Origin: a virus
Lineage: Duplodnaviria; Heunggongvirae; Uroviricota; Caudoviricetes
IMG/VR virus record: IMGVR_UViG_3300035682_000012
Coordinates: 6,073-70,072 of that record
Strand: one strand, 5' to 3'
DNA length: 64,000 nucleotides
The position numbers were made by a program, and so were the translations under genes. Below the pieces are notes generated by a model, which saw only the letters and a list, made by a program, of their open reading frames with translations, was not told where the DNA came from and ran no database searches. This document shows positions 57,775-64,000 of the stretch, one piece after another. The stretch's first letter is position 1, and each line of letters begins with the position of its first letter.

Positions 57775-58110
57775 TTAAATCCCATCTTTTAATCCTCTCT
57801 TTTTAATAAGTATATCAATAGATGCACTTTCGTTTTGTTTTATAATTGGTTTTAAACTATCATACAACCCATCTGAGAACACTTCATCCGTTCCCTTATC
57901 ACTATTTGCTACTGCCGTAGAAATGTGTGCAAATCGTTTTAATTTGTACGGAGAGAGTGGTACAATATGTTGTTTGAGACTTAGGGCTTTAGCATCCAGG
58001 TACTCGAATAATTCCGAGTCGGTCATTTGTTTTAGTTCCTCGTCTGTCTTATTAAATTCCATACTCAAATATACTAATAAATAATGAATTAAAAAAATAA
58101 AGGGGAACAT
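57775..58110 (-). CDS. hypothetical protein (111 aa)
   Basis: Minus-strand ORF. Confidence 0.5.
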   Translation of the reverse strand: MFPFIFLIHYLLVYLSMEFNKTDEELKQMTDSELFEYLDAKALSLKQHIVPLSPYKLKRFAHISTAVANSDKGTDEVFSDGLYDSLKPIIKQNESASIDILIKKRGLKDGI

Positions 58111-58132
58111 TTCTGCTCCCCGTTTGTATGTT

Positions 58133-59980
58133 TTAAACTACATTTTGTGTAGATATATTCATTAATGGATTTTCCAAATCTAAATTATCAATTGTGTTAG
58201 TACCACGTTTTGATTTAGATTTAATATGTCCTTTATGTTTAGTATTCCCAAATAATTCTGCTTTTCTCTTTGAAGCATTTCCAAATGATGGTAAAAACGA
58301 TGTGTATGAAGGCATAGTAGTTGCATCAGTCCAATTAATGTCACTAAAGTAACCATCCTCTTGCTTATTTTCCATTTTAGAAATAAAAGCACTTTTCAAA
58401 TTTTCATTAACTACATTAACAATTGTATCGTGTTTATCATGCCATCCGGTTACAAAACTATCTCCAATATGTTTGCGAAATGCTTTGTCTATATTATTCT
58501 TATCATATTGTGATTCCTTACATTTTGTTTCAATTGATTTGAAGCTTTTCAAAAAGTTAGAATCATCCATTTCTTCTTTAGAGGTAAAATATCTTCGACT
58601 AGATTGGTTTACCTTATCAAGTGTTTGTTTACCATCTTCTGTTTCCCAATAATATGTATTGATTGGATGCATTGGATTGTTATAATACTCACATATTGCA
58701 ATAAAATCAGTAATAACGTTTTCTAAATTACTTAATTCTATCTTTGGTTTCCATATTCTACCAGACGAATCCATATATTGAAATACTTTAGTTATATAGT
58801 TATATAAAAATATAGATAAAATAAACATTGATGGTTTTGATATTATCGCAGTTAACGCTTCATTATTATTTTCGTTACTTCCAATTTTGTTAAAAACTTT
58901 AGCAACTTTTAATAAATCTGATTTCATACTCTTTAAATCCGATTCGCTTATTTCACAATCTTTGCTTAAGATAGATGATAACATTTGTTGTTCATTCTTA
59001 AATCCAAATCTTTGTAATTGCTTTATATCATAATAACATGTATCTGCTATAACTGATATGAGATATTCAAATCCACCATCTTTCTTTTGAAACTTACCTG
59101 TTCCAAATTTTACTGGATTTGCTTTACCATATAACATCTCCAATATCCCACCTACTGAACTATCAGTTGTTTCTGATGCAATATTATCTCTAACAAAAAT
59201 TGTAAATGGATTCTTTGTTAACTTAAACTTATGTAGAAATTCTGACCAACTAGTGGATGAATTACTATACCATATAAATTTGGCTATATCTTCAAATGAA
59301 TCTGCTTCAGTAATTTCAATTATATTGATAGGGCATTCACTTAAATATTTTAAATATATATTCGTTGTTTCTTCAACTGAAAGTCCTTTGAATTCTTTAA
59401 TTTGTTTTGAAGGATTTGTTGAGGTACATTTTGTTTCTAAATCTTTTAAAGATTCAAATTTTATTTCCTTATCATTAACTATAAATGGTGCAAATTGAAT
59501 TTCAGCATTTGTTTTTGGTAATTTACCAGTCAAATCACTTATATATTGTGTCATTCTATGTTGCCCATTAACTGAAAAATATTTATCTTTAAATCTCTTT
59601 TCAGAAAAATAGTTAATATCATCTTTCAAATAAGCAATAGATGTATCATATATTGCCTTTTGCGATAATTCTGCATTTAATTTTGAAATTTCTTTAGTAG
59701 CTAATTCACTTTTCAATACTTTGATAATTGTTTTCGCTGAAATATAATATACCGGCGATGATGTACCAAATCCATTGGTAGCCGCCGTAACCATATTTTT
59801 ACGAACTGCTTTCTTTAGTTCTTTAATATATCTATTGATTCTAGTTGAATTAATAAATTTATCTTTATTTTCAAATATATATCTTAAATCACTACCCAAT
59901 GCTTCAACTGCAATTCTTAATGATTTTTTGATTTCTATTTTCTTTTTTCCATTTGAAATGGTAAAAATTGTTTTTAACAT
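58133..59980 (-). CDS. large hypothetical protein (615 aa) with a possible DGQHR/ParB-like 'NGQHR' motif
   Basis: 'YFSVNGQHRMTQY' at about residue 130; long clean ORF; promoter-like AAATATACGAAATATAA 28 nt upstream. Confidence 0.5.
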   Translation of the reverse strand: MLKTIFTISNGKKKIEIKKSLRIAVEALGSDLRYIFENKDKFINSTRINRYIKELKKAVRKNMVTAATNGFGTSSPVYYISAKTIIKVLKSELATKEISKLNAELSQKAIYDTSIAYLKDDINYFSEKRFKDKYFSVNGQHRMTQYISDLTGKLPKTNAEIQFAPFIVNDKEIKFESLKDLETKCTSTNPSKQIKEFKGLSVEETTNIYLKYLSECPINIIEITEADSFEDIAKFIWYSNSSTSWSEFLHKFKLTKNPFTIFVRDNIASETTDSSVGGILEMLYGKANPVKFGTGKFQKKDGGFEYLISVIADTCYYDIKQLQRFGFKNEQQMLSSILSKDCEISESDLKSMKSDLLKVAKVFNKIGSNENNNEALTAIISKPSMFILSIFLYNYITKVFQYMDSSGRIWKPKIELSNLENVITDFIAICEYYNNPMHPINTYYWETEDGKQTLDKVNQSSRRYFTSKEEMDDSNFLKSFKSIETKCKESQYDKNNIDKAFRKHIGDSFVTGWHDKHDTIVNVVNENLKSAFISKMENKQEDGYFSDINWTDATTMPSYTSFLPSFGNASKRKAELFGNTKHKGHIKSKSKRGTNTIDNLDLENPLMNISTQNVV

Positions 59981-60034
59981 ACTTTTAAATTTTAGTGTTT
60001 ATTAAATATACGAAATATAATTGGATTTACCAAA

Positions 60035-60637
60035 TTATATATTTTGTTCTTTGTATAATTTCATATACTTGTCACTCATTTTTTTGTAGTTCATTCTGAA
60101 ATTAGGGGGCATTGCTTCATAGATAGCTTTATTACTATATGGTGCGTTGCCTGGTCTACTCCATCTCTTTGAGTATCTCATATAATTGTAGAACTGAACA
60201 TATGCGTTTGCTTTTTTAATATAATCGTTAAGGTCAATTGGTAGTTTCCATTTCTTAATTAGCTTTACCGAGCGTTTCTCATTATCCAATTCTAAATCTC
60301 TACTCCATTCTATTGCTTTCTTAACACTACGAATTTTTTTACCACCCAACCAATCGTCTAAATGGGTCACTCCGGTCGAACCGGTTTTCCATATGTTAGT
60401 GCTCTTATCTTGCCATTGTGTTAAGTGTGCATATTCATGTGTTAATATACCTAACCAATCTTTACTTTTACCCGCTACTACTAATCTCATAGTTTCCTCA
60501 CAAAAGTAACCACTACATCTTATATTACCACTCAATACTAAATATTTTACAGGTCGTATTTGGCATCTAATCCCCACTTCCTTACAATGTCCTTTCACAT
60601 GATTAATGAAAGCTCTTACGTTTTTTGTTAATGCCAT
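60035..60637 (-). CDS. HExxH-motif protein (putative zinc metalloprotease, 200 aa)
   Basis: 'GILTHEYAHLTQW'. Confidence 0.45.
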   Translation of the reverse strand: MALTKNVRAFINHVKGHCKEVGIRCQIRPVKYLVLSGNIRCSGYFCEETMRLVVAGKSKDWLGILTHEYAHLTQWQDKSTNIWKTGSTGVTHLDDWLGGKKIRSVKKAIEWSRDLELDNEKRSVKLIKKWKLPIDLNDYIKKANAYVQFYNYMRYSKRWSRPGNAPYSNKAIYEAMPPNFRMNYKKMSDKYMKLYKEQNI

Positions 60638-60667
60638 TTTGTTTTATTATTAATTTAAAAAATAAAG

Positions 60668-60686
60668 GAGGGTACAAATTGTACCC
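60668..60686 (-). terminator. hairpin (GGGTAC-loop-GTACCC) followed by a T-run on the minus strand
   Basis: Near-perfect palindrome GGGTACAAATTGTACCC, then UUUAUUUUUU in minus-strand RNA; lies between the AAA gene and the HExxH gene. Confidence 0.45.
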
Positions 60687-60746
60687 CCCTTAGTTATTTA
60701 GGTATAGTCGTTATGAGTATGTATAAAACTATACCCTCATAACATA

Positions 60747-61979
60747 TTACCAAACAATAGTATCGTCATTCGCATCTTCCTCTTTCACTTCGTTGAATAA
60801 CTTTTCACCTTCATTCTCATCTACTACGAATTTTTGTATAAGTTGCTTAATGTAAGTACGCTCACTATCCATACCACCATCTTGTGAATAGAACGGGAAG
60901 ATTGCTACCTCAGCTGCTTCTAACAAACTGAAACCATCATACAACAAACCTGCCATCTCTACTGAAATACGAGTTGATACAGCAGTTGTCAATTTACCCG
61001 CCTCACCTTTGATTTGGTCTCTAGTGTGTGCCGCAATCTCTGCTACTGATTTCAAATTGTAATCATTCGTATCAGGATATAACATCTTTAACAATTCATA
61101 TTCCTGCTCAGCATTCAATACATCTACCTCAATTGTCACGAATCTATCTAACAATGCTCTATCCATTACACGCGTTGCAGTATATTCAGAACCGATGTTT
61201 GCAGTTGCAATAAAGGTAACACCTTCTGCCACCTTAACAATTGGTGAATTTTCTTGCTCATCTAATCGTAAGTATCTTTGTGTTTGGTCTAACACTGTCA
61301 TTAGGATATTAGCGGCTTCTGGATGAGCTCTACTTAATTCATCTAATAACACAACTGCGTAAGGTGTCTTAATAGCTTTAACGAATGCACTCTCACTAAA
61401 ATAAGTACCACTTGCTTTGTTAAAGTGTGTGTTACCAATTAATGCCGCCCTCGGGTCTTGCGTCGCACCTAAGTTAAAGTAATGAAACGGTCTTTTCAAT
61501 GCCGCAACTAATGCTTTAGCTGCCATTGTCTTACCACTACCCGCAGGTCCTGTCATCATAATATTTCGCGCTCGAACCGCTGAACGTAATAAATATTTCC
61601 ACTTCAACTCGTTCATAATTAAGTTAGCAGGTTTTAACGCCATACCCTCTTTATGAATGAAATCGATAACATCTTTATGCTCCGTTGGATTTTCTACGAT
61701 AGTTTCAGCGATATCCGTATTCATCGGCTTAACCAACATATCCGTATATTCTTGCATTTCTACCATACGATAGCTTTTAGCTCCGTTTTTGTTTACATGC
61801 GCACGAATTGCTTTATTTTGTGCTGATGCTTTTTTTCGTAAAGAACTACCTACTATTGTAGAATCTGAACTACTTAATACATCACCCGCAGTATTAACTA
61901 AGTTAAAACGGGATTTAAGATTTTCTACTTTGTACACTTCATTTGTGTAACCATACTCTTGTGTTGCTTTTTTACTCAT
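60747..61979 (-). CDS. MoxR/CobS-like AAA+ ATPase
   Basis: Walker A 'MMTGPAGSGKT', Walker B 'VVLLDELSRA', sensor/arginine-finger region; 410 aa. Confidence 0.8.
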   Translation of the reverse strand: MSKKATQEYGYTNEVYKVENLKSRFNLVNTAGDVLSSSDSTIVGSSLRKKASAQNKAIRAHVNKNGAKSYRMVEMQEYTDMLVKPMNTDIAETIVENPTEHKDVIDFIHKEGMALKPANLIMNELKWKYLLRSAVRARNIMMTGPAGSGKTMAAKALVAALKRPFHYFNLGATQDPRAALIGNTHFNKASGTYFSESAFVKAIKTPYAVVLLDELSRAHPEAANILMTVLDQTQRYLRLDEQENSPIVKVAEGVTFIATANIGSEYTATRVMDRALLDRFVTIEVDVLNAEQEYELLKMLYPDTNDYNLKSVAEIAAHTRDQIKGEAGKLTTAVSTRISVEMAGLLYDGFSLLEAAEVAIFPFYSQDGGMDSERTYIKQLIQKFVVDENEGEKLFNEVKEEDANDDTIVW

Positions 61980-62026
61980 AACTGAATTTTTAATGTTTAT
62001 TGTTTAATTATTGTTTGATATATCAT

Positions 62027-62036
62027 AAAGATACGA
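62027..62036 (-). promoter_or_regulatory. promoter-like motif AAAGATACGA upstream of the AAA+ ATPase gene
   Basis: 48 nt upstream of the ATG at 61979. Confidence 0.45.
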
Positions 62037-62154
62037 AATTCTGCCCACACTACCAAAACTATTTATAACCTATTGAATATCAACACATTATACACATCCA
62101 TTTAGGGTAATGTATAACACATTGATAATCAATTAGTTAAGTTTTAGTGTGTTT

Positions 62155-64000
62155 TTACGCTTTTTTCATAAAAAGCTCATTCATTGTTTTAATGATAGGA
62201 ACGATTTGTTTAACATCAATAAAACGGCTGTCACTTCCGTACATTGTTTTAAAGTTGTCAGATGAACTACTATATGAACTGCCACCAACAAAGTAACTCA
62301 TAACTTGTATACCCATATCTTTGATTTGTCCTACCATTTTCTTAGTGTGTAACAAAGCGTTTCTACCACTATAAGAACATTGTTGATTTGAGAATGTTGG
62401 CTCACCATCACATATGTTTAAGAAATAAGAATCCATATCTTTGTTGCTCTCTACAAAATGTTTAAGTATCGCTTGATAACATAAACCTTCAGGTGTTGTA
62501 CCATTGGCGTGTAATGCAGGAAACAATCTCTTAACTTTCTCAAACTTATCAAATCTACTATCATACGCAATACATATGTAAGGTTTATCACCCCACGTAC
62601 CTCTGATAGAAACTTGTACATTTAAGTTACTTACCATTGATGCTGCTTTACAAATAGCAATTGTTACGGCTAATGTATCATCCCACACACTACCACTCAT
62701 TGAACCACTACCATCAATAGTAACGTGCAACATTACTTTCTTAAACCTATCTACTTCTTTGGTACTGAATACATTTACATAATCATATCCTAATGCCGCT
62801 ACCATTCTCTTATCAATTCTACCATTCTTTTGGCGTGGATTGATTGTTTCTCTTTCCTCACTACGAACTGCAATACGCTTACCTAAAATAGTACCCATTA
62901 CGATACCTCTTTGTAAAGTATCAGCATTCCAGTTATTCCATTTATCATTCCAAAAACTAGCGAAAGGGAACGAACTATCTTGCATCAATCCTTCGGTCAT
63001 TTTCTTAGATACGATACATTGAACCGGTTGAATATATCCACCATTCTCTAATTTAGTATCACCTACGGATTGCATTTCAGTTCCACTCTCAGCCATTTGG
63101 TCTAAGGTTTCATCCTCTTTCTTAGTTAATCCTTTCTTTTTGATATTGTTATTAACGAAGTCCTTTTGCTTTTGGATTTGTTTATCCAATTGTTTCTTAG
63201 CAGTATCACTCATTAAATCTTTACCATTACCAGTTTGTGAAGCACCACTCGTAGAGTCACCTTTCTCACCCATCACAGGTGCATCACCACCACTACCACC
63301 CATTTCATCGTTTTGTTTATCACCTGCCTCTGCTCCAGTTTCATTACCTGCTTCGTTTACATCTGCAGGGTCACCATTACCCTTACCTTTACCATCTTTA
63401 CTTAAATCAACTAAGATATGTTGTAAGATAGTGTTGGTAATCTTTTCTGCTACCTCTAATGAATCGGTTGTATTTTTTAATCTACTAATATTCTTAAGGT
63501 CTAATGTTTCGTAGATTTCTTTCAAACCTTTCAATTTGTTAAGGTCAGTATTTTGATTTGTGATATTGATAATACGGAACATATACGATTGTAATGTTTC
63601 ATCCGTATATTCATCACTTATCAATCCTTTGTCAATAGTCTTATCATAGAAATACTCATCATACAATGCTCTATAATAGTCTCTATAACCTGGACAAGTA
63701 TTGTAGATATATTGGTCAATCCTTCTATCCTCTACAAAGTTTACCAATGATTTAACTACATCAAATAATTGTTCTTTGTTTCGATAATGTTGTGTACCAT
63801 CAAAAGAAGGGTCATTTACATCTAAACCCGCTGCTTTTGCAAAGTTATTAAACATTTCGGTTGGTGCAGAATAAGCAGGCATTAATTCAAAGTCCGTAAG
63901 AACAATGTGTGATGCTTCGTGCAATGCCAAACCTACCGCGATATCAAACTTTTCAGGTTTAACCTCAGCTGATAATACTACCGATTTACCATCAGTATAA
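62155..64000 (-). CDS. VWA-domain protein (CobT-like), 5' end beyond the window
   Basis: MIDAS 'VTIDGSGSMSGS'; low-complexity acidic/Gly linker; the reading frame stays open to position 64000 ('...LALHEASHIVL' contains HExxH). Confidence 0.75.
   Translation of the reverse strand, partial: YTDGKSVVLSAEVKPEKFDIAVGLALHEASHIVLTDFELMPAYSAPTEMFNNFAKAAGLDVNDPSFDGTQHYRNKEQLFDVVKSLVNFVEDRRIDQYIYNTCPGYRDYYRALYDEYFYDKTIDKGLISDEYTDETLQSYMFRIINITNQNTDLNKLKGLKEIYETLDLKNISRLKNTTDSLEVAEKITNTILQHILVDLSKDGKGKGNGDPADVNEAGNETGAEAGDKQNDEMGGSGGDAPVMGEKGDSTSGASQTGNGKDLMSDTAKKQLDKQIQKQKDFVNNNIKKKGLTKKEDETLDQMAESGTEMQSVGDTKLENGGYIQPVQCIVSKKMTEGLMQDSSFPFASFWNDKWNNWNADTLQRGIVMGTILGKRIAVRSEERETINPRQKNGRIDKRMVAALGYDYVNVFSTKEVDRFKKVMLHVTIDGSGSMSGSVWDDTLAVTIAICKAASMVSNLNVQVSIRGTWGDKPYICIAYDSRFDKFEKVKRLFPALHANGTTPEGLCYQAILKHFVESNKDMDSYFLNICDGEPTFSNQQCSYSGRNALLHTKKMVGQIKDMGIQVMSYFVGGSSYSSSSDNFKTMYGSDSRFIDVKQIVPIIKTMNELFMKKA

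Noticed and set aside
390-63514. All plus-strand ORFs in the six-frame track (for example 390..602, 5943..6227, 13918..14199, 17912..18322, 21086..21418, 43067..43495, 63140..63514)
   Set aside because: Every one lies antisense inside a longer minus-strand gene. They are low-complexity (Ile/Leu/Phe/Ser-rich), as expected from translating the complement of AT-rich coding DNA. None has an upstream promoter-like motif or coupling to neighbours.

Overview
The window is a 64 kb, strongly AT-rich, very gene-dense stretch in which essentially every credible gene is on the minus strand. Spacers are short and many genes overlap by 4 bp (ATGA). I see no Shine-Dalgarno sequences. My best reading is a segment of a large virus, most likely a bacteriophage of a low-GC host; the Bacteroidota-style lipobox-like lipoproteins point to a Bacteroidota host. 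No rRNA, tRNA, CRISPR array or obvious capsid or terminase gene is visible. Several ORF-table N-terminal extensions are artefacts of alternative start codons, and the true starts are internal ATGs.

Confidently recognisable genes:
- a UV-damage endonuclease (UvdE)
- an ATP-dependent DNA ligase
- a radical-SAM enzyme
- three 2OG-Fe(II) (prolyl-4-hydroxylase-like) oxygenases
- an Hsp20, an HD-domain protein and an SPFH/band-7 protein
- a lysine-rich histone-H1-like protein
- a small GIY-YIG protein
- a calcineurin-like phosphoesterase
- a pfkB-family sugar kinase
- a MoxR/CobS-like AAA+ ATPase followed by a VWA (CobT-like) protein
- two SWIM zinc-finger proteins
- an FG-GAP repeat lipoprotein

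Three things stand out.

(i) An unusually large glycan-tailoring repertoire is scattered through the window:
- six paralogous proteins of about 365-430 aa carrying the GT10 alpha-1,3-fucosyltransferase 'E[TN]S ... [IV]TEK.W ... G.P[FV]' motif
- eight paralogous SGNH/GDSL-type hydrolases, five of them in one block with the sugar kinase
- three sulfotransferase-like proteins with PAPS-binding-like motifs
- an SDR-like protein, a radical-SAM enzyme, the 2OG oxygenases, a HAD-like phosphatase and an SMR-like 4-TM protein

(ii) About 18 paralogous proteins of roughly 100-115 aa all begin M-L-T-I-K-N-[IFY]-x-K-[IL], a motif conserved even at the nucleotide level (+ strand 'ttgttagcat'). They sit in two tandem arrays.

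(iii) There is a rich layer of repeated non-coding signals:
- a promoter-like motif AAAGATACGA(A/T) (TCGTATCTTT on the coding strand) 10-60 nt upstream of at least 11 genes
- three copies of an extended, roughly 120 bp intergenic element
- three copies of a GGGGGTTGGGGG tract in a genome otherwise almost devoid of G/C runs
- a 600 bp ORF-free, GC-richer region carrying inverted repeats
- clean rho-independent terminators
- palindromes and a pseudoknot-like pair of overlapping inverted repeats
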